IMG/VR virus record: IMGVR_UViG_3300027741_000027
Span: 64,001-128,000 of that record
DNA from: a virus
DNA length: 64,000 nt
Reading direction: 5' to 3' (one strand)
The translations under genes were made by a program, and so were the position numbers. The notes beneath the pieces are model-generated. The model searched no databases. It was not told the DNA's origin and saw nothing but the letters and a program-made list of their open reading frames with translations. This document shows positions 26,897 to 37,230 of this stretch, one piece after another. Each line of letters starts with the position of its first letter. Within the stretch, counting starts at the first letter, position 1.

Positions 26897-27052
26897 ATGA
26901 GTTTATTGAGAATAGACAACCAGCTAAAAAGAGTTTGGATTCTCAATAAAAGAATTCATCACGGAGCAGTTGGATTCGTTATGTTTGTTGCGGGAATTGC
27001 CTTAATGCAGAATGATTGGCACGATTTTCCGTGGCTTCGTGATAATGATTGA
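26897..27052 (+). CDS. 51 aa membrane protein (not in ORF track)
   Basis: MSLLRIDNQLKRVWILNKRIHHGAVGFVMFVAGIALMQNDWHDFPWLRDND; one TM helix. Confidence 0.55.
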   Translation: MSLLRIDNQLKRVWILNKRIHHGAVGFVMFVAGIALMQNDWHDFPWLRDND

Positions 27053-27080
27053 GATTCCGAACCTTAAATAGTAGATACCT

Positions 27081-27509
27081 ATGTTATTAGCATCATTTTC
27101 AAGCTTTATGGGGCAACCCACCCCTCTCGTCATCTTTGAATTGATCGGCGCAAGCTTGGGATCTTATGCTCTTTTTTCTTATATTAAAAATATCAATGTA
27201 AAATCACAATTAACGGCAAAAGATACAATAATTGAAACCAATCAACAAACTATAGTATCATATGGAGAAAGATTAGATTCTTTGGAAGCTCAAGTCAAAG
27301 CCCTTGAGAAAGAAAACAATTTTCTTAAGACCGAATTAACTAATTGGGAAGAAAAATATAGGTCGCTTGAGAGCTTTGCCGCTCCGCAACTAGGCGAAAA
27401 ATTAATTAAGATGTTCGAACAACAAGAGGATTTGTTAAGTAAAATGGTGTGTGCATTAGAAGGAATCCAAGCTAAAATTGATTCCTTTGATGAACAGCAG
27501 AGTGAGTAA
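27081..27509 (+). CDS. membrane-anchored coiled-coil protein
   Basis: N-terminal TM segment then heptad-rich helix. Confidence 0.7.
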   Translation: MLLASFSSFMGQPTPLVIFELIGASLGSYALFSYIKNINVKSQLTAKDTIIETNQQTIVSYGERLDSLEAQVKALEKENNFLKTELTNWEEKYRSLESFAAPQLGEKLIKMFEQQEDLLSKMVCALEGIQAKIDSFDEQQSE

Positions 27510-30500
27510 TGTGGGATTTCTCTTTTCAAAAAGAATCTACGGATAATCATGATTGGACACCGGGGCGACTCGGTGCCGGATATATCCACGCTAGAACGAA
27601 TACCCCAGATTCGTTCAACCTGCTTGACTATAGCATACGCACATGGTCAGTAGGCCCAGACTATACAGATGACATTGACCGCGAGTACCAGCGTATTCGC
27701 GCTACTGATCTTGTCGTATTTAAGTTTTATATTACACCTACAGGTGGTATCCATGATCGTGGCGAAGGTTTTAAGAATAGAACCGGCAAGTCAGATCGTT
27801 CTGTAATTGCCTTTCTTCATCGTAAAGATAATCGTTTTTATGATGGACGCAATGATATTAAGACAAGCGCAACAGAAGATAGCGCACTGCACTTTAATCA
27901 TTATACAGGTGAGCCTTGCTACTGCGGATTTGGTCAGACGCATGGCTTAGAGAAGGAAGCCAATCTAAAGTATAAAGATATTAAACGAGGCGAGCTTCCA
28001 GAAAGCTATTATATGAATTTGGAAGGCGAAAATGGCAGGGTTTTTCGAGATTATGTTGTTGCTTTAGCCGAAGGCGGAGAGGTTGTAGGCGCTGGAGGTA
28101 ATACAGAAACAATAGAGGCGATTCCCGGAATCAAAAAAGTTATTCCGTGGATTGTCGGTCAAATGAAAAAAGGAACTCTTAATTTTGAATCGGGTCGTCG
28201 CAGCACCAGACCCGGTTTTGAGCGCGTTGTTTCTGAAAGAAACTTTGAATTTTGGTCGCCGGGACGCCTTGAAAATATTGCTGATTTATTTAATGCCGAA
28301 GGATCTCCTTATCAAAACAAACTTGTAGAGTGTCCAGAGTGCAAGGGAAAAGGAGAAAAGTGGAATACGGAGGTTGAAGCTCATGTAATGTGCGATAGAT
28401 GCATGGCACACAAAACTGCGCCAAGTAATCAAAAAGAAAACTTGATGGAGCTACCTCCAGACGAAATAGAAACAAGAGCTAAACGCCATCGAAATTGGGT
28501 TAGAGAGCGCGAAGCAGAAGCTATGCGCAAAGCCGATGTTAAAAATCAAGAGAGGGTTTACGAATTTACTGATCCAGACCATAAAGGCTGGTTTGTTACA
28601 AGACTTAATCCTGATGCTGGTGAGGCTAAACGAGTTGGCATTGAGCAAGGCAATTGTTTTCAACAGGAGGCGCAGGGCTATCAAAGGTCAGTTGCAGAGG
28701 GCGATTTAACTGTTTATGTATTAAGGGATCCTAAAGGGTTGGGTCATGCGCTATGGGCTTATGACCGCGATGGCAAAATCGCGGTTATGGAAGATTCTAG
28801 TAAACTTTATAACAAACGAGGCAAAGGTTGGGTAGGTTATGAAGTAAATAATCAATGGATTCGAAATATGATTAATGAAGCCAGTGATGCCTTAGGTATG
28901 CAAAAAAGATACCACAAAGATAATTATGATGTTCAACTGCCCGATGTTTTAACAGTAGATCAATTTTTAATTCAATTTTCAAACGATGATTCGGATGCAT
29001 ATAAACAATTAGTTGCAAAATCCGCAGATGAACAAGATATTGATGCGGATATGGTTTCGGAAGTTATAAAAGGTCGCGTTGATTGGAGGTCCATTGTCGG
29101 AGATTTGTTTAACGGGCCAACTACCGGAAACCTATCTGATGAACAAATCCCTTTTAATGATTTTATAAAAATTATGGATGGTGATGATCGTCTTATCTTT
29201 GCTTTGGATCAATTTGTTCAAGAAGCAGATAGAAGAATATCAGACCCAGAAGTAGAAGCCAATCAGCGCAATCAAGATCATGTAAATGATTATAAAGAGT
29301 GGAAAAAAATTCACACTCATCCATATACTGGCGAATATACACACCCAGAAACATGGGCAAATACCGCTTGGCACAAAAATGACTATGAAGAATTTCGTGA
29401 AAATTTCAGTGACAGTCCGTGGGCTTTTTCACTTCCTGATTGGGACACATTTATTTCTGAGTGGGGCGGCAAACTTCCAGCAAGTTTAAATCCTGCTTAT
29501 CGAAAAGGCAAACCTGTAATTGAAACCAGTGCTTGCAAAAAATGTGGTGGGTCTGGTCGTCTTATTACTCCAAATGGTTATGTCACTTGTGATAAATGTT
29601 GGGGTGATGGTGATGAACGAAATAAAGTTGTATTTCCTGATCCAGAATCAGATGCCGCCAAGTGTCAGTCCTGTGCAGGATCAGGCGTCGATCAAAGCAA
29701 AGTTCAACACCTTAAACAACAGGTTGAGCAATTAAAAGCAGATGGTGTTCATGACCGTCTTATTGTTGAATTTGAAAGAACTTTAGGAAGAAAAGATTTA
29801 CAAAATACTGATTTGCGTTGCGGGGCTTGTAATGGCACGGGCAAAAACAAGCCTGCCGCAAAGCTCATGGAAGAGGGTTCAGGGCAACTTAAATTTGGTA
29901 AAAAGAAACAAGACAATTACATTGTTCACTTTGATTCTATTACAGGCAAGCCATGCACCTGTGGATTTGGTGCATATAGGAATACCAATGAAGATGGCGA
30001 GCGATTCTTTAAAGAAGCATCAGGTTACAAGTTTAAAGAAATTACAAAGAGTCCGCCTTCATTTCTTCAAAATGAAGAGGGTCAAGCCCTCATTGAGTAT
30101 TTAACATCTCTTATTAAGGGTGTTGGCGAGAATCCTCAACCCATACTAGAGGGAGCTAAAACTCTTGTTCCGTGGATTGTTAAACAGTTCAAAGAAGGCA
30201 ATCTTACTTACAATCCAAACGAAGATCGATCATATTATACGGGCATTGAAAGAGTGTATCCGGGTGGAAATACACCAATTGATTTTGATGAGTTAGAGTT
30301 CATAGTTAATTATGTTAATGCAAGCGAAGGCCCATATAGACAAAATGTTGATTGGATGTCTTTTGATTTTATTGACCTAATACGTCAGGGGATGAGGCAT
30401 CATGAGTGGGTTAAAGAAAAAGAAAAAGACGCTAAGTTTTTAGCAAATCAAAACACCGTTTATACATTTGATGACTCTAACCTTGAATGGGTTGGTTGGA

Positions 30501-33500
30501 CTGTTGCTAAATTAGAAGACGAAAATGAAGTTGAGCAAGAAGGAATAAGGCAGGGCAATTGTATTAAAGACGAAGAAAGCGGTTATTTAGAAGCTTTTGA
30601 TAAAGGTTATCTTGATCTTTATGTATTGAGAGATACATTTGGAGGCAGTCATGCAATTTGGGGATATAACACAGACGATGGTTCTGTGGCATTTATGGAG
30701 GATTCTTCTAAAAGATATGCAGAAGAGAGAAGGCGAACTGACTTTCCTTACTACAAGGTAAATGTCCCATTTATTCGTGAAATGATTTCTACTGCTAATC
30801 AAGCACTTGGTTTAGATGATGACTACGATAATGGTAGTTATAATTATAATAGAGGTGAAACTGGTGAAGATTGTTACGATAGAAATAGGGAGCATTGGAG
30901 GCCAGAGCGGGAAGAAGAGGAAGAGGAGGAAGAGGAGGAAAAGGAAGCACTTGAAATTCAATTGTCAGATGTAACAAGTTTTGCAGAATACGAAGCTCAA
31001 TATGGCGAGGACAATAATTGTTGGGAGCTTGCAGCAAGGGAGGCACAAGATGAAGGTCTTATTATTGGCGATGATACACAGATTTATCCCGGCTCAATTC
31101 ATTGGGATGATATAGCCTATGAATACTTTAATACTCCAAGAGACTTTCAAACCAACTTAGATTTGTTGAACAAATGGGCCGCAGTTTTTCATAATCAATT
31201 TCAGATTGGAGATTTTTACGAAGAGTGTCAAAGGTATTTAGAAACAGCAGATCTTGATGAAGAAGACGATGCAGAAATACAGGCTTACCAAGAGTGGGTT
31301 AAATTACACACAAATCCGCTTACGGGTAAATTTCAAGATCCTAGAGGAATTTCGCCAAGTAATTTAGATAGATTAAGAAGGCAAGAAGAAGAAAACGTTT
31401 GGGGATTCTCTGTTCCAAGCGATGAAGATTTAGCATCATTTAACGGCATTCTTCCTGCGGGCTTAAATCCACAAAACAGAAGAGGCGAGCCATTACATAC
31501 AAAAATTCAATGCCTGTCTTGCGGTGGAGCTGGAGGAGATCCTAATACTGGCGCAACGTGTCGGGCCTGTAATGGAACGGGTATGATGCAGGCTAGAGCC
31601 ACAATGCCCGATTGGGAAACAAGATTGAAAAATCGGGGCGAGAACGGTGGAATTCCAAACCCCGCAGCAATGATTCATGAAGAGCCATCAGGTCAATTGT
31701 TTATGGCAAAGAAAAAGTGGGACATGACCCCTCTTAGTTTTACCGACCAATTGAAACTTCACTTATCAACGATTGAAGCTAAGGTTTCTCATGATCTTAG
31801 CTGGGTAGCTGGTGGTCGCGGTCGCGGCCTTATGCTCAATAGCGGTAAACTTATCACTTGGCCAGTGAACAAGAAAGGCGAGCCGCAGCATCCTGATATG
31901 TATGAATACCTTACAGGACACAAATTGCCTGAGACTCATTCCGTACATGATTTTACAGAAGGCATCCCATTTGATATTAATGAAGATGGATCGGTCAATT
32001 GGTTCTCTAAGGATACATCGCCTGATCTTATTGCTGATATCTCCAAGATTGATTATCGACTTAAAACTTCCGCAATTGATCCTTGTTGGAGAACGGGGGA
32101 ATGCGCAGCCTTTGCTCTTGCAGCACACGATTTAACAGGTTGGCCAATCTTTAAAATTGACGAAAGACCAAACGGTGGGGCGTGGCACTTTATGGTTCAG
32201 ACACCAAACGGCGACTTTTTAGATGGCGATGGAATTAGAAGAGGAGAGGAAATTTTAGCTGAGCATAGCGAGGCTGCCGAAGAACTTGCAAAGACCCATG
32301 ACATCTATCCTTCCAGCAGAGAAGAAGTAGTGGCTTATGGTTCAAATGTAATAGAGAAGGCAAAAGAAGCCACACCTATTATTCAAAACATGTTGAAATC
32401 TTCTAAAACTTATGAAGGGTTTGATGTTCATTTCCACCCTTACACGGGCGAGCCATGCACTTGCGCTTATGGTCAATCACCAAACAACAGACGCACAGCA
32501 TCACAGGCTGTTCGTAAAGTAAAGAATCAAGATCAGAAGCATATGCGCAGTGAAAAAGGTCAAGCCATTCTTGATTATCTACATAAACTTATTTCAGGTC
32601 ACGGTCTGAGTGAGCAAGGTGAATTCGGGCGAGGTCCGGCTCCCGGTCTTGAAGGCATGGTGCCATGGATTGTAAAACAAATCAAAACAGAAGACATTAA
32701 ACCGTTTACTTATGACGATGGAGAAGTGTATGGTCTTGGTCGCTTTTCAACTATGGAATTTAGCTCTGTTCAACAGGCGAAGATGGCACTTGCTGGTAAA
32801 CATGAATCATTGATTAGTGTTCAGCAGAATTACGAATCAGATTATTGGAAGACAAGGTTAGAAAGCTTTGGGTATCAAGTAGATGATACCTACGGAGCAG
32901 TTGATAACCCTGACATTGATGCTGTAGTAATTAACTGCGATATTGTTGGTCCTAATGACCTTATTGATCTTTTAAAGAAGATTCCTGAGGGTACGCCCAC
33001 TTGGATTGGTGGATCAGATGCAATATTGGAACAAATCGGTGCAACGGAAGACGCAGAAGAATATTTGAAGGACTTACTCAAAAGAAACAAAATTAATTCT
33101 CGCAAAATTTACATCACGACGACAATGTATAGAGCAGTGCAAGCAATAGACGACACTGTTAGAGAAGAAAACCCAGACCTATCTAATTTTGAATTACCAG
33201 ATAAGTATTACGCCAAGATCAAACCAGAGGATTGGGCAAATTGGTTTAATGCATCCAACGCACCTGCTCGTCGCAGCAGGACAGAAAAGGAAGTCAGGGC
33301 CGCATTTAATAGGTCAGAGAAATACATTCAGTATCGCATCGAACGGGGAAACAAAACAATTAATGGTGATATTAATTCTCCTATGTATAACGATGATTTG
33401 TTAGGACTTATGGCCGATCAACTAAAAGTTGATGAACGCGATCTTCGTGAGAATATGATGACTACATATAGAGAAATGCAGGCCGATAATGCCATAGATA

Positions 33501-35023
33501 CAATCGATGGTACCGTGCCTGAAGAGAACATGAAGGACTTTCTTAATAGATTAACTAAAAAGTTTGAGATTAATCTCAATGATATGTCAGTGGCGCAAGT
33601 TTCAGACGCTGTACATAGGCATAAAAGATACCTTTATGAATTACAAACTATTGAAGGCCTTAAGAAACAATTTGCTGATAAATTAAACGACCCAGAAAGC
33701 GTTGTTTATAGAGTCCAAGATCCATTCTTTAAAGGTTGGACCGTTCATCAATTAAAATCCATGGAAGACGCCGGACTTGAAAGTGAAGTATTAGGTCATT
33801 GCATTGGCAGCGATGAACAAAAGTATGCACAGGGCATTGAAAATGATGTTATTGCTGCTTATTCTTTAAGAGATGAAAACGGCATTCCTAAGTTTACATG
33901 GCATTATAACCCTGATGGATCATTTGCTCACGCTCAGGGTAAGTCTAAAGACTCCTACGCTAGATTTAGAGATATTGTAACAGAATTTAATGAGGCAATG
34001 GGACTTGATGATGCAAATGGTGGCGAAGGCTCGGAAGATAATTCTTGGTTCCAAGATTTTGAAGACGAAACATTACACACACTTCAAATGCCAGACCCAG
34101 AATCAATAGAAGAATATATGGCGCAAATAGACCATCTTGAAGAGGCGGCTGAGGAGTATGCAGATCAACTTGGGGAAACATTAGCAGACGATTGCGATAT
34201 TGAACGCGGAGACCCAGAATGGAATCTTATTGCAGACGAATTTTTTGAAGAGTCGCATATAAATGTTGGAACGTATCAACTTATTAATGCTTTGATGAGT
34301 GAATTTGCGCCACCTTATCATTTGCGAGATTTTGTCACGGCAGCAAATAAAATATTTGATAGAAACAAAGAAGGATTTATCAGAGATGGGGAATTGATGG
34401 GACTTGAAGAAAGATCAGATGATGATTTCTTTGACACCTATCCAATATGTAGATTTTATGATACATGGCGCAGAATGCACACCAATCCAAAAACAAATAA
34501 GGTGGAAAAACCAATTACTCTTTGGCGAGAAGAAGCATACATGCAAAGATTTAAACCAGATGAAGCGCCAGAAATTTCATATCAAGAATTACCATACAAC
34601 AGAATTGGCATTCACGATGAAGATATCGCTCCGGACATGCCAAATTATTGGGATGCAAGCGGCGGCGTAAGAATGATGCCTGCAAGTATGAACCCTCAAT
34701 ACGCGCCTAACGCTGTAACATGCGCAAAATGCAATGGTCGTGGTTATATAGGTTCATTAAATTGTGATAAGTGTAATACCAGAGGTTGGTACATTGAAGA
34801 AAACCCAGTCGAAAGAGAGCCGGGTGCAGAATGTCAAAATTGTGGTGGCTCAGGCAGAATTCAAATTACTGATGACCGTGGTGTTGTAACGGAAAACTGC
34901 GCAAATTGTAATGGTACAGGAAAAACAGCATCTTTAACAATAAAAGAAAAGGCTGCCGCTTGGGACCAGCCACTAACTAAATTAACCTATGCACAGGCTA
35001 AATATATAAATGGAAAACTTTAA
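27509..35023 (+). CDS. 2504 aa modular polyprotein: three repeat units each with a PcfJ-like domain and CxxCxGxG Zn fingers, plus a papain-like domain
   Basis: Three HFxxxTGxPCxCxxG motifs, three VPWIVxQxK, three GWxVxxL...ExxxxGNC/HC...YxLRD, three HTxPxT, three xPAxxNP, many CxxCxGxG. Confidence 0.8.
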   Translation: MWDFSFQKESTDNHDWTPGRLGAGYIHARTNTPDSFNLLDYSIRTWSVGPDYTDDIDREYQRIRATDLVVFKFYITPTGGIHDRGEGFKNRTGKSDRSVIAFLHRKDNRFYDGRNDIKTSATEDSALHFNHYTGEPCYCGFGQTHGLEKEANLKYKDIKRGELPESYYMNLEGENGRVFRDYVVALAEGGEVVGAGGNTETIEAIPGIKKVIPWIVGQMKKGTLNFESGRRSTRPGFERVVSERNFEFWSPGRLENIADLFNAEGSPYQNKLVECPECKGKGEKWNTEVEAHVMCDRCMAHKTAPSNQKENLMELPPDEIETRAKRHRNWVREREAEAMRKADVKNQERVYEFTDPDHKGWFVTRLNPDAGEAKRVGIEQGNCFQQEAQGYQRSVAEGDLTVYVLRDPKGLGHALWAYDRDGKIAVMEDSSKLYNKRGKGWVGYEVNNQWIRNMINEASDALGMQKRYHKDNYDVQLPDVLTVDQFLIQFSNDDSDAYKQLVAKSADEQDIDADMVSEVIKGRVDWRSIVGDLFNGPTTGNLSDEQIPFNDFIKIMDGDDRLIFALDQFVQEADRRISDPEVEANQRNQDHVNDYKEWKKIHTHPYTGEYTHPETWANTAWHKNDYEEFRENFSDSPWAFSLPDWDTFISEWGGKLPASLNPAYRKGKPVIETSACKKCGGSGRLITPNGYVTCDKCWGDGDERNKVVFPDPESDAAKCQSCAGSGVDQSKVQHLKQQVEQLKADGVHDRLIVEFERTLGRKDLQNTDLRCGACNGTGKNKPAAKLMEEGSGQLKFGKKKQDNYIVHFDSITGKPCTCGFGAYRNTNEDGERFFKEASGYKFKEITKSPPSFLQNEEGQALIEYLTSLIKGVGENPQPILEGAKTLVPWIVKQFKEGNLTYNPNEDRSYYTGIERVYPGGNTPIDFDELEFIVNYVNASEGPYRQNVDWMSFDFIDLIRQGMRHHEWVKEKEKDAKFLANQNTVYTFDDSNLEWVGWTVAKLEDENEVEQEGIRQGNCIKDEESGYLEAFDKGYLDLYVLRDTFGGSHAIWGYNTDDGSVAFMEDSSKRYAEERRRTDFPYYKVNVPFIREMISTANQALGLDDDYDNGSYNYNRGETGEDCYDRNREHWRPEREEEEEEEEEEKEALEIQLSDVTSFAEYEAQYGEDNNCWELAAREAQDEGLIIGDDTQIYPGSIHWDDIAYEYFNTPRDFQTNLDLLNKWAAVFHNQFQIGDFYEECQRYLETADLDEEDDAEIQAYQEWVKLHTNPLTGKFQDPRGISPSNLDRLRRQEEENVWGFSVPSDEDLASFNGILPAGLNPQNRRGEPLHTKIQCLSCGGAGGDPNTGATCRACNGTGMMQARATMPDWETRLKNRGENGGIPNPAAMIHEEPSGQLFMAKKKWDMTPLSFTDQLKLHLSTIEAKVSHDLSWVAGGRGRGLMLNSGKLITWPVNKKGEPQHPDMYEYLTGHKLPETHSVHDFTEGIPFDINEDGSVNWFSKDTSPDLIADISKIDYRLKTSAIDPCWRTGECAAFALAAHDLTGWPIFKIDERPNGGAWHFMVQTPNGDFLDGDGIRRGEEILAEHSEAAEELAKTHDIYPSSREEVVAYGSNVIEKAKEATPIIQNMLKSSKTYEGFDVHFHPYTGEPCTCAYGQSPNNRRTASQAVRKVKNQDQKHMRSEKGQAILDYLHKLISGHGLSEQGEFGRGPAPGLEGMVPWIVKQIKTEDIKPFTYDDGEVYGLGRFSTMEFSSVQQAKMALAGKHESLISVQQNYESDYWKTRLESFGYQVDDTYGAVDNPDIDAVVINCDIVGPNDLIDLLKKIPEGTPTWIGGSDAILEQIGATEDAEEYLKDLLKRNKINSRKIYITTTMYRAVQAIDDTVREENPDLSNFELPDKYYAKIKPEDWANWFNASNAPARRSRTEKEVRAAFNRSEKYIQYRIERGNKTINGDINSPMYNDDLLGLMADQLKVDERDLRENMMTTYREMQADNAIDTIDGTVPEENMKDFLNRLTKKFEINLNDMSVAQVSDAVHRHKRYLYELQTIEGLKKQFADKLNDPESVVYRVQDPFFKGWTVHQLKSMEDAGLESEVLGHCIGSDEQKYAQGIENDVIAAYSLRDENGIPKFTWHYNPDGSFAHAQGKSKDSYARFRDIVTEFNEAMGLDDANGGEGSEDNSWFQDFEDETLHTLQMPDPESIEEYMAQIDHLEEAAEEYADQLGETLADDCDIERGDPEWNLIADEFFEESHINVGTYQLINALMSEFAPPYHLRDFVTAANKIFDRNKEGFIRDGELMGLEERSDDDFFDTYPICRFYDTWRRMHTNPKTNKVEKPITLWREEAYMQRFKPDEAPEISYQELPYNRIGIHDEDIAPDMPNYWDASGGVRMMPASMNPQYAPNAVTCAKCNGRGYIGSLNCDKCNTRGWYIEENPVEREPGAECQNCGGSGRIQITDDRGVVTENCANCNGTGKTASLTIKEKAAAWDQPLTKLTYAQAKYINGKL

Positions 35024-35152
35024 ACTATCAGAGGTTTTGTTTTGGGGATCATTACCCTTTAGGGTTTTGTTCTCTGTAATTAGGGACGAATACGAATTTT
35101 GGACTGTAGTCAAGGGTTATACTCTTGACAAGCCTTTAAAGAACTCTAAGTT

Positions 35153-36652
35153 CTAAGTTCCAAACGGTCTTGGTTTCGTATCAGGATCGCGGCGCTCTGT
35201 TCCCTCATCAGGTTTATTTTTTGTTTTTGGTGGAGCAATATCAGTCATATCTAAAAAACATCTGACATGCGTAGGTGTTTTTGGACCACCTGACAATGGG
35301 AAGATTGCTTCAACGTATGCAAGTGCAGGATTTGCGTTACGTTCTTGAACATAAACCTCGCCAACTGATCCCGCTGGCACCTCTACAAACTTACCTACGC
35401 CGATAGCATTACTTGGCCCTTCAGTTTCACCAATAACAGATTTAGCTAGTGTAATTGTGTCACCGCTTTTATAATTATACCAACCGGGTGTGGCAGCCAT
35501 CCTATGACCATTATAAGTATTTGACCAAATGCTACCAAATGGATTTCTTTCACTTGGTTGGCGAGCATGAGGAACAGACACAGTACCGGGAGGCGATGCT
35601 TGACCGTAAGGTGATTCACCGGGCCTAGTATACTGCTGCTGTTGACGTTGCTGCTCTTTAAGTTGTTCTAATGGCGGAGTTTGTATCTTTTTCCGTGGCT
35701 CAAATCCTAAGAATCTTTCTTCTTCTGGAGTTAATTGAGTCTCAGGACGATCATATTGTTGAGGCGCAAGTGGGCCAAGCCTTTGCTCAAGCAGTTCATC
35801 AGGAGACACAGCACCAACATCTTCTGGTTTAAATGGTGTAAGCTGTCGAATACCACGCGCACCCTCAGGAACAGAGGGAACGATACCACCGGGTGTGCCA
35901 CCGGGTCCAACTTGGCCGGGTGGTAGAGCAAATGGGCTAGGCTCACCAACAGGGCCAACTGGTGCCTGTGGTGGAAGCTCAGTAACCATTGCCTCTTCAA
36001 CCTGTTGCACTGGTAGCATCTTAGATAAAAAGTAAAGTGCTAGAACGTGAGAGCATGGGCGACCTTCATAAATCTTCCATTGACGAGTACGTTGCCAAGC
36101 AAACTGCTGCCACTTGCATTCACAATGCCATCCTGTAATGACGGGCGAAGCAGGGTCTTGGCGCATGATGGTTGATTCATAAGTTCCATGATCGCCAATA
36201 ACAGTACCAACAACATGATCTTGGTCATTAATTATAACTGTTACATGGCCTGTATTGACTAGTCGCTTTGCTTTCTCAACAAGGTCGTTCCAGTTATCTT
36301 GGCGCTCAATAACGCGCTCGCGCTGTCTAGCATTAAGTCCTTCATCTTCATCAGCAAAACCTCTGCTTGGTTGCTCTTGCTCAGTTCTTTCTTTATCAAG
36401 AATTTCAGCAGGGTCGCCTTCAGCAAAGTGAAAGGTTGCCCGCTTGTATCCAAAACCCTCTAGTTGGGCAGCTACAATCTTTTCAGCAAGGATCTTATCA
36501 AGGGTGCTTCCCTCTTTAGCCATGACTACAGCATCGCCGGGTTTACCCTCCCACCATTCAACAATTGAATTGCCGATCTTCTGAGTGCGAGCAGGTAGGG
36601 GTTTAACAGAGGCAATAACTTCGCGGATGTATGAAACGTCTTTATTCATCAC
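35153..36652 (-). CDS. SWIM Zn-finger-containing modular protein
   Basis: WHCECKW...GRPCSHVLALY (CxC...CxH); Pro/Gly-rich linker. Confidence 0.7.
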   Translation of the reverse strand: MMNKDVSYIREVIASVKPLPARTQKIGNSIVEWWEGKPGDAVVMAKEGSTLDKILAEKIVAAQLEGFGYKRATFHFAEGDPAEILDKERTEQEQPSRGFADEDEGLNARQRERVIERQDNWNDLVEKAKRLVNTGHVTVIINDQDHVVGTVIGDHGTYESTIMRQDPASPVITGWHCECKWQQFAWQRTRQWKIYEGRPCSHVLALYFLSKMLPVQQVEEAMVTELPPQAPVGPVGEPSPFALPPGQVGPGGTPGGIVPSVPEGARGIRQLTPFKPEDVGAVSPDELLEQRLGPLAPQQYDRPETQLTPEEERFLGFEPRKKIQTPPLEQLKEQQRQQQQYTRPGESPYGQASPPGTVSVPHARQPSERNPFGSIWSNTYNGHRMAATPGWYNYKSGDTITLAKSVIGETEGPSNAIGVGKFVEVPAGSVGEVYVQERNANPALAYVEAIFPLSGGPKTPTHVRCFLDMTDIAPPKTKNKPDEGTERRDPDTKPRPFGT

Positions 36653-37230
36653 TGATTAACTGTTCGTTTCCTGTAGTAAGTCAAGCCCTTGCTTTTAAGC
36701 AGGCTACGATCCCTTGTAATTGTTTTATTTAGCAAACGTGCAATATTCCTCGGTTTATAATTAATAACCTCTACAGACACGTTTACGTTGCCCCAACGAG
36801 TTGGTTCGTTTCTTGAGTAATCGTGGTTGTGAATATGACCATGCACATGAATCTTTAGCTCATCCTCGGACTTAAACAGCTTAGGATAATGGTCAAAGCT
36901 AATCTCATACTGCCTGTATTCCATTTTAAATGGTTTAACAACTTCAAAGCCTAGCTTGTCGTAATCATATTTACGTTTATCATGATTGCCAAGAATAATA
37001 TATTTTTTGCCAGTGAGTTTTGGAGCGACCTCTGACTTGAAATAATGAAAGTATTCATCGCCTCCCATCATCAGATCGCCCAAGTGAAGAATTACATCGT
37101 TCTCTTTTACCTTTTTGCGCCAATGAGCAATCATTAGTTCTTCATGATACTTGGGCCTGTCGCAATACTTAACAATGTTTTTATGACCGAAGTGAGTATC
37201 GGATATTACATAAAAAGGAAATTTAATCAA
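36649..37230 (-). CDS. calcineurin-like metallophosphoesterase
   Basis: SDTHFGH, LHLGD, GNHD, HYP, HGHIH. Confidence 0.9.
   Translation of the reverse strand: MIKFPFYVISDTHFGHKNIVKYCDRPKYHEELMIAHWRKKVKENDVILHLGDLMMGGDEYFHYFKSEVAPKLTGKKYIILGNHDKRKYDYDKLGFEVVKPFKMEYRQYEISFDHYPKLFKSEDELKIHVHGHIHNHDYSRNEPTRWGNVNVSVEVINYKPRNIARLLNKTITRDRSLLKSKGLTYYRKRTVNQ

Noticed and set aside
30905-30945. GAA/GAG simple repeat
   Set aside because: It is simply the coding sequence of a poly-Glu linker in the 2504 aa protein.
27509-35023. DnaJ chaperone
   Set aside because: Only CxxCxGxG fingers are present; there is no J-domain or HPD motif.
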